64,000 nt of DNA from Octopus vulgaris (lineage: Eukaryota). The translations under genes and the position numbers were made by a program. The stretch is taken from the NCBI GenBank assembly GCA_951406725.2, contig OX597833.1, positions 53,010,001 to 53,074,000 on the forward strand. Direction: 5' to 3'. The notes beneath the pieces were generated by a model. The model made no database searches. It had not been told where the DNA came from and was given only the letters and a program-made list of their open reading frames with translations. Positions 1 to 16,849 of this stretch are shown piece by piece; the stretch's first letter is position 1, and the number at the start of each line of letters is the position of its first letter.

Positions 1-15
1 ATGTATGTATGTATG

Positions 16-49
<34 letters not shown>

Positions 50-320
50 TGTATGATGTATGTATGTATGTATGTATGTATGTATCTATGTATGTATGTA
101 TGATGTATGTATGTATGTATGTATGTATGGATGGATGGATGGATGTATGTATGTATGTATGATGTATGTATGTATGTATGTATGTATGTATGGATGGATG
201 TATGTATGTATGTATGTATGTATGGATGTATGTATGTATGTATGTATGGATGTATGTATGTATGTATGTATGTATGTATGTATGTATGTATGTATGTATG
301 TATGTATGTATATATGTATG
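1..320. repeat. (TATG)n microsatellite
   Basis: Imperfect tandem ATGT array seen directly. Confidence 0.95.
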
Positions 321-329
321 AACCTTTAG

Positions 330-530
330 TTAACCACCATACATTTTTACTCTCTCCGTTTTTGGTTTTCGTTCTCTCTCCACATTTTTTCCCTCTCAAT
401 CCTTAATGGCAAAGAGCGTAGGCTCGAAACGTCAAAGACTTTTCCATTCTTCCCGAGCGTCAAGCTAATACACTTGCTTCTTGTTCCCTCGCCTGTCGTC
501 GTCTTTTGTTTTCTGTAAATTTGAACTATA
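330..530 (+). mobile_element. Penelope-like terminal-repeat fragment (same family as 6305-6420)
   Basis: Shares aagagcgtaggctcgaaacgt(c/a)aaagac...ttcccgagcgtcaa.ctaatacac with 6358-6420; flanked by microsatellites. Confidence 0.5.
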
Positions 531-549
531 CATATTTATATATATATAT

Positions 550-582
<33 letters not shown>

Positions 583-589
583 TATATAT

Positions 590-876
590 ATCACTTTGAT
601 CACTTTGACCGACCAGTCCGTCAGGCGCTGTTCACTCCTCTCTGGATCGTGCCTTTCTCATCCACGTGATCCCAATCGTCCTCCTGAAATCATAACTCCA
701 CCGTCGTGGAGGTCTTCCGGGTGGTCTTTTCCGCTCACGCGGGTACCACTCGTCAACTGTGTGCGTCCACCGATTATCGGTGAGCCGGGCGACGTGTCCA
801 GCCCATCTATACTTGCTGCATGTATACTCTGCGATGACATCTCTCACGCCGGACTTCTTTCTGATGATCTTGCTAC

Positions 877-880
<4 letters not shown>
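590..880 (-). mobile_element. RTE-type LINE 3' end fragment
   Basis: Minus-strand translation RWAGHVARLTDNRWT...WYPRERKRPPGRPPRRW is the typical RTE-group ORF C-terminus. It ends in a short (TCAAAGTGA)2 tail next to a TA tract. Confidence 0.8.
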
Positions 881-949
<69 letters not shown>

Positions 950-1171
950 AAATATTGAGTTTCTAAATCTCTCGTAGAGAGGTGTACGGTGGTGGAGCGA
1001 TATAATGGTTGTATACTGTCAATCTAACAAGAACGTGACAGTAGGGGGTACACCACCGTTATATAGCCCTAGGAGGCATCGAACGCCTCCTGACAGCTCG
1101 ACACATTTTATCCTGTGTCCTTATATACACATACGAAGGGGAGACAAACACCCCCAACTGCCGGAACTGCA

Positions 1172-1217
1172 TCTAGGGACACCGTGTTTCAGGATCATTG
1201 TCCTTCATCGGCCTAGA
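1172..1217 (-). ncRNA. Type I hammerhead ribozyme motif (mirror copy of 1547-1592)
   Basis: Reverse complement of the 1547-1592 motif in the left arm. Confidence 0.75.
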
Positions 1218-1546
1218 GTAGCAGACACCGGTCAGCTGGCGATGTCTGTCTCGACTTCGTATCAGTATATATCTATAGTCAGTGAAGTCTATTCACTGAT
1301 TATCAAAATAAGAAATATTGAGTTTCTAAATCTCTCGTAGAGAGGTGTACGGTGGTGGAGCGATATAATGTTGTTAGATTGACAGTATACAACCATTATA
1401 TCGCTCCACCTACCGTACCCTCTCTACGAGAGATTTAGAAACTCAATATTTCTTACTTTGATAATCAGTGAATAGACTTCACTGACTATAGATATATACT
1501 GATACGAAGTCGAGACAGACATCGCCAGCTGACCGGTGTCTGCTAC

Positions 1547-1592
1547 TCTAGGCCGATGAAGGACAATGATCCTGAAACACGGTGTCCCTAGA
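1547..1592 (+). ncRNA. Type I hammerhead ribozyme motif (U4C core variant)
   Basis: Stem I TCTAGG/CCTAGA; core CCGATGA; stem II AGGA-caatga-TCCT; GAAA; stem III ACA-cgg-TGT; GUC cleavage triplet ending at 1586. Confidence 0.75.
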
Positions 1593-1756
1593 TGCAGTTC
1601 CGGCAGTTGGGGGTATTTGTCTCCCCTTCGTATGTGTATATAAGGACACAGGATAAAATGTGTCGAAGCTGTCAGGAGGCGTTCGATGCCTCCTAGGGCT
1701 ATATAACGGTGGTGTACCCCCTACTGTCACGTTCTTGTTAGATTGACAGTATACAA

Positions 1757-1832
<76 letters not shown>

Positions 1833-2553
1833 CATATATATATATGTATGTATATATATACATATATATACGTATATATATATATATACGCATACATATA
1901 AACATACATAAATATATATTCATACATATAAAAATGCACATATATATATATATATAAATATATATAATTTAAACCCTATTCTAAGGTACTTATGCCCCAG
2001 AAGAGCATTGATAGACCATCACTGAAGTAGCGTGTGCCCTATCTTGAGGAACACTTATATACATGTCGTATCCACTAATTCATTTGAAGTCTGAAATGGA
2101 TGGTAGGTAATATTGTATTCATAATCGACTCCCACTTGCTATTGTTTGGTAGCTAGATATCACACAGGAAAATGACAAAAAAAAATTCTCAATGAAGCGG
2201 GATAATGTAACAACCTTGAACTAGTAAATTAGAAGTTAACTTATCCGACCAGCCATCTTGTTTGTGTGTTACATAAGTGTGTGTTCGAACGCACATGCGC
2301 ATAAGAGAAACAGGGGCGGGATGTGTTTGATTAACGGCCAATGTGTGAATTGTATATGAATATATATACATATATGAGCGTGTATTCGTGTGTGTGTGTG
2401 TGTGTATATGAATGTATGTGATGAGAATGTGTGTAACATCGTATGTGTAGTGCGCGTATTTTTTGTCATAAATTTTTTGTAGATGCGATGGCAGTACAAA
2501 ACCATGTATGTGTGTGTGTCTGTATACATACATATATATATACATATATATAC

Positions 2554-2598
<45 letters not shown>

Positions 2599-2667
2599 TA
2601 TACATATATGTGAATATATATGTATGCGTGTATATATATATAAATATACATATATATACACACATAT

Positions 2668-2700
<33 letters not shown>

Positions 2701-2750
2701 GTATGTATAGATATAAGTATGTATATATATAAATATACATATATACATAC

Positions 2751-2790
<40 letters not shown>

Positions 2791-2810
2791 CGTGTGTGTG
2801 TGTGTGTGTA

Positions 2811-2842
2811 TAGTTTCACGTTCCCGTTCGTCGGAGTTTTCA
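2811..2842 (-). ncRNA. Truncated hammerhead core (family of 47687 and 52590)
   Basis: Minus strand CCGACGA-ACG-GGAA-CGT-GAAAC, cut off by a microsatellite before stem III is complete. Confidence 0.4.
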
Positions 2843-2921
2843 TTGAGCATCATATATATACGCACACCATGGCAAGTGTGAAAATATATTTGACTCTTTC
2901 CATTCATACGCCTGTTTGTGA

Positions 2922-2952
<31 letters not shown>

Positions 2953-3439
2953 GTGTGCGTCTGTGTGTGTGTATGTGTGTGCGTGTTTGAGGGTGGGCTC
3001 TGTTGGGGCCAACAAGTACATCTTATATTTTGCCATCAGACAGTCCGAGTGAAACAATAACAGTCAACAAACGGCCGACAACGACTACTGAAGTTCCTTC
3101 TATAAACACTTCATACAAGAAGAACAAGATCAACAACAACAACAACAACAGCAGCAGCAGCAGCACCAGCAGCACCAGCAGTAGCAGCATGAGCGACGAC
3201 AAAAACGTCATTTTAAAGTCAAGGCTTGTAACATGTGATGACATATATATAGATAGGTAGATGCCCGGTACCAGAATGCTGGTATATGTTTCTGTCCGTG
3301 TGTGCTCCTATATATGTGTGTACGTATGTGTGTATATCTGGGTGTGTGTATGTGTGTAGTTTTATACGTGTTCAATACTAGATGTGTTTGCATCGATACG
3401 GGCGTATGTGTAGATGTGAATGCGCGTATGTATGCATAT

Positions 3440-3656
3440 CTTTTACTCTTTTACTTGTTTCAGTCATTTGACTGCGGCCATGCTGGAGCACCACCTTTAG
3501 TCGAGCAGATCGACCCCAGGAATTATTCTTTGTAAGCCTAGTACTTATTCTATTGGTCTTTTTTGCCGAACCGCTAAGTGACGGGGACGTAAATACACTA
3601 CCACCGGTGATGTTGGGGGTACAAACACTACCACCAAGTGATGTTGGGGGGGACAA

Positions 3657-3687
<31 letters not shown>

Positions 3688-3842
3688 TATACATATATAC
3701 GACGGGCTTCTTTTCAGTTTCCGTCTACCAAATCCACTCACAAGGCATTGGTCGGCCCGAGGCTATAGTAGAAGACACTTGCCTAAGGTGTCACGCAGTG
3801 GGACTGAATTGGTTTGTAAGCAAGCTAAATACCACACAGCCA
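3440..3842 (-). mobile_element. tRNA-derived SINE family A
   Basis: Same body and tail as the full copies at 4911 and 35258; internal (CA)n. Confidence 0.85.
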
Positions 3843-4124
3843 TGTATGTATGTATGTATGTATGTATGTATGTATGTATGTATGTATGTATGTGTGTATG
3901 TATGTATGTATGTATGTATGTATGTATGTATGTATGTATGTGTGTAATAGTTGTATACGAGTGCGTAACTGGATGTCTCTCCATTGAAACGTAGATATGA
4001 ATAGATGTATGTATGCACGTATGTATGCATCTATGTATGCGTTTGTGTATATATGTACGTAAGTGTAATCGTATGTACGAATGTGGGTGTACATACATAC
4101 ATACATATATATTATTATTATATG

Positions 4125-4255
4125 TAGAAAAATACAAACTGGGACAAGAACGCAAAACACTCAGAAGACGATACAAAAAACACGGACGGGACATTCGAAG
4201 CCCTCAATCTTCAGTCAAGAACCGTATCATCGTAGCAATTTCGGCTGATTAATCC
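4125..4255. mobile_element. Dispersed repeat fragment (also at 41435-41562), microsatellite-associated
   Basis: caagaacgcaaaaca...tcttcagtcaagaaccg.atcatc...gcaatttcggctgattaatc present at both loci. Confidence 0.6.
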
Positions 4256-4694
4256 TTCTTTGTGTCTCTAGCACTAAGCTTCCTTATTTGGGAGCCTTAT
4301 ATTATATTTCTATATGAATAATATTTTTTCTATATTTTTTCAATATGAATAATATTTTGCCTAATGACTAATTCGTCTTTTGTGCAAGGCCACTGGTAAT
4401 AATAACCTATGTTATTACCCTTTTTGATTATGTTCACATATATATATATATATATATATACGATGTGCACAAATGGATGTTTCTCCTTTGATACGGGTGT
4501 ATGTATACATGTGTGTATGCACGTATATATGCATTTGTGTATATATGTACGTATATGTAATCATATGTATGAATGTGGGTGCCTGGAGTAGAAAAGATTT
4601 ATCAGAATGCATTGCAACCGCTTAGATTAGGGTTCGATCCCGGTTACGTCACTAAGTGAATTCTTCCGTTGTTTCGGTTTGGGCAATGACTTGC

Positions 4695-4865
4695 GAGTGG
4701 AATTTCGTCTGTCTTTACGTTCCGAGTTCAAATTCCGCCGTGGTCGACTTTGTCTTTCATCCTTTCGAGGTCGAGAAATTAAGTACCAATTGTGTACTGG
4801 AGTCAATCTAATCAACTGGCGCCCTACCCCCAAAATTCTTGGCCTTGGGTCTAGAGTAGAAAAGA
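4695..4865 (+). mobile_element. SINE family B, partial
   Basis: gagttcaaattccgcc.tggtcgactttg.ctttcatcctttcg.ggtcga...aagtacca core shared with more than 10 copies in the window. Confidence 0.8.
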
Positions 4866-4910
4866 ATTACAGGATTTCAAATTAGAAAATTAATGAATGA
4901 AACTCGGAAA

Positions 4911-5407
<497 letters not shown>

Positions 5408-5732
5408 ATCATACGCTCTTCGTTTTTGTTTCTAAAGACAAATTCATAGATAAATCGATAGATAAAAAGGCAAATTGATATATAAAAAGACAAATGAATA
5501 GATAAGCTGTTTGATAAATATACAAGGTGAAATAGACGTCCTTATAGCTAAACCCGTCTGGGCACTGTTCAAGAACAAGGACGTGAAGCCCTGGATAGCG
5601 GAAAGCCTGTAGCAGGAAATATGATGCTATTACACAAATTGAGTGAAATGTTATTTCGTTTGTAGCGCTAGTGTGTACATGATAATATTTACACAAGCAC
5701 TAATGTATCTGTATGTGTGTATACATATATAA

Positions 5733-5765
<33 letters not shown>

Positions 5766-5805
5766 TGTATGTATATATATATATATATATATATACATAC
5801 ATACA

Positions 5806-5884
<79 letters not shown>

Positions 5885-6084
5885 GTGCATGATATAGAGG
5901 TTAAATGGTGTATTAATTAAAAACATAACACATATCTTACATTACAGATTAAATATTGCACTGTGCAATAATGTTTGTATTAACTGTTTAAATTATGTAT
6001 GCATTTATATATACAAGCGTGTACGAATGTCAGTATGACTGTCTCTGGCTAAATTAGAATGTTAAAAAAAGCTGTTAAAATAAG

Positions 6085-6177
<93 letters not shown>

Positions 6178-6348
6178 CTTTACTTATATGAAAATATATA
6201 ATTTATGTGTGTGCGTGTATGCATGTATGTAAATAAGTGTATGTATACATGTGTACGCATACACACACAGAGGTTCATATGTGTGTGTGTGTGTGTGTGT
6301 GTGTATTTTCTCTCTTTTTATTCTTTCTCTGTTTATTCACTCGTGTTC

Positions 6349-6384
6349 CTTTCTGTTGAAGAGCGTAGGCTCGAAACGTAAAAG
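6349..6384 (+). ncRNA. Minimal hammerhead-like motif (variant core)
   Basis: Stem I CTTT/AAAG; CTGTTGA (non-canonical); stem II GAGC-gtag-GCTC; GAAACGTA with a palindromic ACGT stem III that could only form in a dimer. Confidence 0.4.
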
Positions 6385-6436
6385 ACATTCTCACCTTCCC
6401 GAGCGTCAAACTAATACACCTGCAATTATATTTTTA

Positions 6437-7040
6437 TAACTGACAAAAGGAGGTAAGTCACCAGAGTATATAGTTCCAGGGATTTCGGATTTTGATGCAT
6501 AGCATCTTAATCGTCGCTAGCGACTCTTAATGCCTAGAGTTAAACTTAACCACCTCCGTCAGTCTTATAAGAAAAACCGTTGAAAACCTGTGCTGATTTC
6601 CAAAACGCTACAAGTAAAAATAACAAATTAATGGGTGAATGTTTTGTGGGTCTTGAGTTGTTTTAACTCTTGTTTCTAGCAATAGCTGGCGGTGGTCAGT
6701 ACCCTCCATCACTTTTGTGACATCTATTAATTTTGCCGTTAGGTTCAAATTGCTAATAAGCCACCCATTTATTTTGTTGTTTACATATTTACCGCTTTCA
6801 AAATCAGTACAGGTTTTCAGCGGATTTTTTATAAGACTGACAGAGGTAGTTGAGTTTCACCCTAGGCGTTAAGAATTGCTGACGAAGATTAAGATGCTAT
6901 GCCTCAAAATCCGAAATCGTTCGATCCGACCATGTACCCTGGGTATTAACCTCCCTTTGTCAGTCATTAAATACATTACTTTGTTTTAACTCTTGCTTCT
7001 AGCAATAGATGGTGATGGTCAGTACTCTCCGTCACTTTTG
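6437..7040. mobile_element. Old fold-back module (A' B A B layout) with hammerhead-like core
   Basis: 6437-6638 is a diverged reverse complement of 6763-6966. 6658-6718 is directly repeated at 6981-7041. CTGACGA...GAAATCGTTCGATC at 6879-6926. Confidence 0.65.
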
Positions 7041-7275
7041 TATATGTTTGAAGGTTTGTAATGGACGCAGGTTCGTGTGTCAAATAGCTAGCTTGAGGCG
7101 GTGGCCTCTTGGAGCTAACCAGCGACAGCTTTAGTCTTATATTTATAAGACTGCCATATTAGTATGGCGATAACTATTAATTTCCAGTAACGCTGCCATA
7201 ATCTCCTTTAGAGAGACTTAGTAATTTTAATATTTCTATTATATATATATATATACATGCACAATTAATTGCTTA

Positions 7276-7437
7276 TAGGTGCAGGAGTCGCTGTGTGGTT
7301 AGTAGCTTGCGTACCAACCACATGGTTCCGGGTTCAGTCCCACTGCGTGGCACGTTGGCCAAGTGTCTTCCACTACAGCTTCGGGCCGACCAAAGCTTTG
7401 TGAGTGGATATGCTAGACGGAAACCGAAAGGAACCCA
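7276..7437 (+). mobile_element. SINE family A, 5' half
   Basis: Head and body match family A; no tail. Confidence 0.8.
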
Positions 7438-7503
7438 TTCCTTCTAAACACATCTAATACGTATGTACCTATGAGTATGTTTGAGCGGAAATATATATGT
7501 GTG

Positions 7504-7534
<31 letters not shown>

Positions 7535-8153
7535 ATGTTCCTCATGTATATGCATTTCCATTCTTACATAACTAAAATAACTTCAAGATATATTGATTTA
7601 TATACCTTTCTTATAACTTTCTCATACCTCTGTTTATACTTTATCTAATATAAATAATATAATGCATCTAATAATAATAATAATTGATTCTTTTATATGC
7701 ATTATGCATGTACATTATATGCAATTATGCATGTACATTTAAGTGTATGTATATGTATTTACGTATATTTATGTATATGTGTAAGTATGTATATGTATGT
7801 GTATTTATATTTATAACTTAACCTTATGTAATTTCTAAAATCACCCGAGTACCTCAATTTCATCTATTAAATACTTCAGTCTACTGGAGGGATAAAGGTA
7901 GAATGAGGTATTTTTATCTCTTGGCTGAAACAGCTGTAAGATATTTTCCGCAATTTCTATTCCTGTATGTTATATATTTTAATAATTACTGGTATTTTTG
8001 TATATTTTATATATTATATATGTAAAGCATAATATATTATATATGTTTGTATATTGTTGTAATTGTCATTTTAATAAATAAATAAATAATTTGACATAAT
8101 ATAATTTCTAAAAGTTGATGAATCACCTATTGATCCCCTCCATTTTCTTATTG

Positions 8154-8249
<96 letters not shown>

Positions 8250-8974
8250 TGATATATACACATAGTAATTGATGTGTGTGTATGTGTGTACAAGCATATA
8301 TAATCAGCTGTTTCTTTATTTTTATTCCACCATTAAATATCACAAACTCGCAACTATTTTAGTATTTGTGTATTGTGTGCATATATGTGTGTGTTAGAGA
8401 GAGAGAGAGAGAAGAGTGAAAGTGACTGAGAGACAGGCATATAAACAGAGACGGAGACAAAGTTAGAGAGAGGGAGAGAGAAAGATAGAGAATATGTGCC
8501 CTTCGTTGCGTCTATGGTTGCATTTCTGTACGGATGTATGTTTATATCCTTGTAAGATTGTTTGTGAATAATCGTGCACATGTTGCCAAATTCTCAAGCA
8601 ATTCAGATTTGGCAAGACAAGATTCTTCATTTTTTATTGTATGTGACGCAGGTGCAGGTGTAATCCGTGTACCTTACAACATGTGTCTGCTTATATTTAG
8701 TAATCTGTCTCCAACATGGCGCATGGCGGGGTGATCGAGTTCTTTAACAACGTTAATTTGTTGACGCCGTTCCCCTTTGTTTATAATTAACAAAAATCTG
8801 TGGGGGGGGGTGTTGTGAGGTTTTTCAGGCATGTATTTGATAGAACAATCAGTCTCCGGATTCCTTTCTGTCTGATAACGTGGACCATGGCCCAGCATCC
8901 TAGGGTAAACTTTAGGAGGGTTAACACCCGAAATAAATGACCATATGTATATGTATATGTATATGTATACATAC

Positions 8975-9008
<34 letters not shown>

Positions 9009-9033
9009 ATATATTTATATTTTTATATATATG

Positions 9034-9075
<42 letters not shown>

Positions 9076-9080
<5 letters not shown>

Positions 9081-9265
9081 TATATAGAAGGAGCTTCTAC
9101 AGGACTAGAACTGTTTCTTTCAAGAGAAATCTTCAGGAGAAGATTTTCTCTTGAATGAAACAGTTCTAGTCCTGTAGAAGCTCCTTCTATATAATAAATT
9201 AATTTTACTCTGCTATGTATTGAGTACCTTATTTACTGTGGTTAACCCCGAATCAACCCGGGACC

Positions 9266-9268
<3 letters not shown>
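9076..9268. mobile_element. Fold-back module with 3' tail, in (TA)n
   Basis: Near-perfect inverted repeat of about 60-bp arms (9076-9137 vs 9143-9199) centred on aatcttcaggagaagatt, then a unique tail, then TA repeats. Confidence 0.8.
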
Positions 9269-9323
<55 letters not shown>

Positions 9324-9427
9324 TATATACATACATATATACATACATACACGCACACACACACACAAACACATATATATATATACATACGTACATATAT
9401 GCATGCATACATACATATATAAATACA

Positions 9428-9466
<39 letters not shown>

Positions 9467-9469
9467 TTT

Positions 9470-9507
<38 letters not shown>

Positions 9508-9709
9508 TACATACATACACGCACACACACACACATATATATATATATATACATACGTACATATATACATGCATACATACATATATAAATACATACAGAT
9601 ATATATATATATACATATACTTACACATATGTGTGTGTATATATATATATAAGTGTAAGTATATTTTTCTGTGTATGTGCCCCTATATATGAGCGTATGA
9701 GTGGCGCGG

Positions 9710-9812
<103 letters not shown>

Positions 9813-10089
9813 TGTGTCTGTGTCTGTGTGTGTGTGTGTGTGTGTGTGTATCCCTGCTATAAAATGCTGTTTATGCGATGTGAGTGCTACGCTTGTTGCA
9901 TATATTTTTTCTCGTGTTACTTACTACAAGGTGTATATATTTTCATAAATATAAACATCCATAATTATATATGTTTATGTGCAAGCATACCATACACACA
10001 CACTACACACAATCACACACACACACACACACACACACATTCATAAATATACGTACGTATGTATATATATATATGTATATATATATATG

Positions 10090-10154
<65 letters not shown>

Positions 10155-10166
10155 TATACATCTATA

Positions 10167-10244
<78 letters not shown>

Positions 10245-10245
10245 C

Positions 10246-10294
<49 letters not shown>

Positions 10295-10298
10295 TATA

Positions 10299-10330
<32 letters not shown>

Positions 10331-10337
10331 CATATAT

Positions 10338-10431
<94 letters not shown>

Positions 10432-10709
10432 TATGTATATATACACACACACAATCATCGCAACCGTAATCACATCAATCCTCATGATGGTTTTTCCCGC
10501 CACCCCACCCAACGACCACTCCTATTTCAGAGTCGGATACGCCAAACTATCTGTTGGTGGTAGCCGGTTACATCAACACTTCCAAGCACCACGCCGTGCA
10601 GGAGTCTGCTAAGGTGGAGGGTTAACGCCGCTGAGACGGCACCGGTCTATTTAGAAGATTGCGACTGGCACCGCTAACACGTTCGGCTACGTCAAATGCG
10701 ATTCCACGG

Positions 10710-14100
<3,391 letters not shown>

Positions 14101-14422
14101 GGTTTCGCTTCGGTTTGTTTATTTACATACTTCTTAGAAATTATCATTTTAAGATGATTTAAAAATACTAAACTGTATATCTACACACACACACAGACAC
14201 ACATTTACATACACACTCACGCACACATACACACTCACGCACATATATACACTCACAGACACGCAACGCACACACATACACAATGGTTACATACACATGC
14301 AAATACTATTTATCTCTACTTTAATAAACAGACCTGTGCCTATGTAAATATATACATACACTCAACCAGATATGTGTGTGTGTATGCGTGTGTGATTGTA
14401 CGTATATGAGTGTGCATACATG

Positions 14423-14526
<104 letters not shown>

Positions 14527-14544
14527 CATACATATATATATATA

Positions 14545-14596
<52 letters not shown>

Positions 14597-14664
14597 CATG
14601 CACACATACATGTATATGTGGATATGCGGATATACAAATATAAATATACACATATACGTATGTG

Positions 14665-14704
<40 letters not shown>

Positions 14705-16737
14705 TATACATATATATACATGCATATACGTGTGTCTCTGTGTGTATACATGTATATATTTCTGTGTGTGTGTATATATATATATGTATGTATATATGTA
14801 TATATAAGTACTATATGTGTATATTTATGCATATGTATAGGTATGTGTGTGTGTGGATGCATGCATGTATATGTATGTATGTGTATGCGTGTGTGTATGT
14901 AAGCGGTTCATGTGTGTAAGTCTATACATGTGTGTGTGTGTGTGTGCGTGTGTGTGTTCGTACATGTGTCTAATCTTTATAGATATACAACCGCTGACAC
15001 ACACATAGGCGCATTATCAGTAAAAATCATCACACATATTTACATTGGTGTATAGAAAGAGATTGGTTAACACTGGTAAGCTGATAGATGGCAAAACAAC
15101 AACAACAACAAGAACAACAAGAACAGCAGCAACAGCAGCAAGGACAGCAACAACAGCAGCAGCAGCAACAACAACAACAACAGACGACTAGAACCGCAAG
15201 ACCAACAAAACGAACAGAGACGTATGTAAACAAAACTCAGTAAGAACTAACAACAACAAAGCAATAGGAACCAACACCTCTTTCTTTCTTCTTCTTCCTT
15301 TTTCTTTTCTTTTTTCTTTCTTTTTTTTCTTGGTTTTTTTTTTTTTTTTTTTTTTTTTATATTTTCATTTCAGTAAAGTGATTCTGCGCAAGCGTGATAA
15401 AACTATTGATGCTCACTTGGACAGCAACACTTACGGAGTAAAACGGAGGGAATCGTGGAGTACCGAAGCGGAAGAAAGTAAAAAAAAAATTATAAAAAAA
15501 AAAAAAAAAAGAAAGGATGAACACAGAAATATCAACAACACTGCAACTCTAAAAAATTTGAAAATGGCTAACATGTTTTTGCTATTGTTTCAACTACTTC
15601 TTTCTTATTATTTATAACTTACAGAAATATCTGTACGGCTCTGAATCTTCGCATATTTTCCTTTTTTTTTTTATATATCACCATATTCAAAAAAAAAGCA
15701 AAACAAAAAAGAACAAAAAAAAAGTAAAAAGAAGCCTCTCTTTCAAAGTTTGATTATCCTTTCCTTCCGACATTGTAATGGCTTTTTTTTTTTTTTTTTT
15801 TTACTTCATGACCGTTTTACAATGTCTATTTAAAGATGCCATGATATGTTTTGTCTTGTTACAGCGGAAACAGTTTAAACACATCTAAACAACTCTTTCA
15901 GTTAAACACCTTACACTCCGATTCACTAAACACACATACAGACAAGCAAAACAAAAACAAAAATATAATGTTTAACGCTTAATCTTATTATACACCGAAT
16001 AATATTCCCTTCCGTTTTGTCTGTCAAACACCTCTTTCTTTCAATAAAACATCTGATCTCGCAAACAATTGTCACACAATTCACGTTTAACACACTACAA
16101 TTCCGCGATATGACAGAGCATATAACACTGTATTGCGTACTATGTCAGACATCTAACCATATGCTTTTTAAACACATGTTGTTGCTTACACATTCTTGAA
16201 AATTGTTATCAGTCAAAGATATGTCTACATTGTTTCAAGGCATTACTATGTCTCATTCTCTAAATGAATCTGTCTTAATAGTCTTTGCTAAAAGCCAAAC
16301 GTTCTCCGCATAGTTTTATACTCCAAGCATGACACCTTCCTACGACAATATTTAAACAGTTAATGTTCCAAGCTGTTCAAAACAAATATCTCTCCCACCC
16401 CACACGCACCCCACTGATAACATTAATTTCAAACACTCTAAATTACACATCCAACCGAAGACACACGCAACTCATCTCAGCTGTTTGGATATTTGTTAGT
16501 TTATTTTTTTTAAATTCATTCTCATGATTATCATTACGGCTGGTGCACGTGTAAACACAGTTGCACGTTGATGGTAGTATTGGTGTCATTTATAGAGTAC
16601 TAAGGAAGTAACAAGGGAGTACCAAAACCTCGTTTGAGCTCGTATATGGTCTAGAAGACGGGCATTACTAAAACAGCATCTTCAATGCACTCTTATTATA
16701 ATTGATATGTAACAACTGTCGCAACAAGAACGGGTGC

Positions 16738-16833
16738 AATAAATATTACAAGAAATCCTAAAATATCCTTATATCTATGATAATGATGAAAAGGAATTTT
16801 ATCTAAATCTCTATTTAATCCCGACGGATTACT
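16738..16833 (-). pseudogene. Nuclear mitochondrial fragment (NUMT) of cytochrome b
   Basis: With the invertebrate mitochondrial code it reads [32 protein letters not shown], matching the conserved cytb SNNPLG..D.DKIPFHPY...KD..G segment. AGA codons fall at Ser-compatible positions. Confidence 0.8.
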
Positions 16834-16849
16834 TGATGCAAAAACAAAA

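Larger units (their letters stand above)
947..1760. mobile_element. Fold-back element built from a 363-nt hammerhead-containing unit, inserted in (TA)n
   Basis: 947-1370 is one unit plus about 60 nt of the next (aagaaatattgag at 947 and 1310). 1371-1760 is the reverse complement of the same unit, permuted. (TA)n on both sides. Confidence 0.85.

Noticed and set aside
7880-7945. GAAAC-AGCT-GTA hammerhead half (similar GAAAC-GGCT-GTT on minus at 27331-27345)
   Set aside because: The CUGAnGA half is missing or too degenerate to call; possibly decayed PLE termini.
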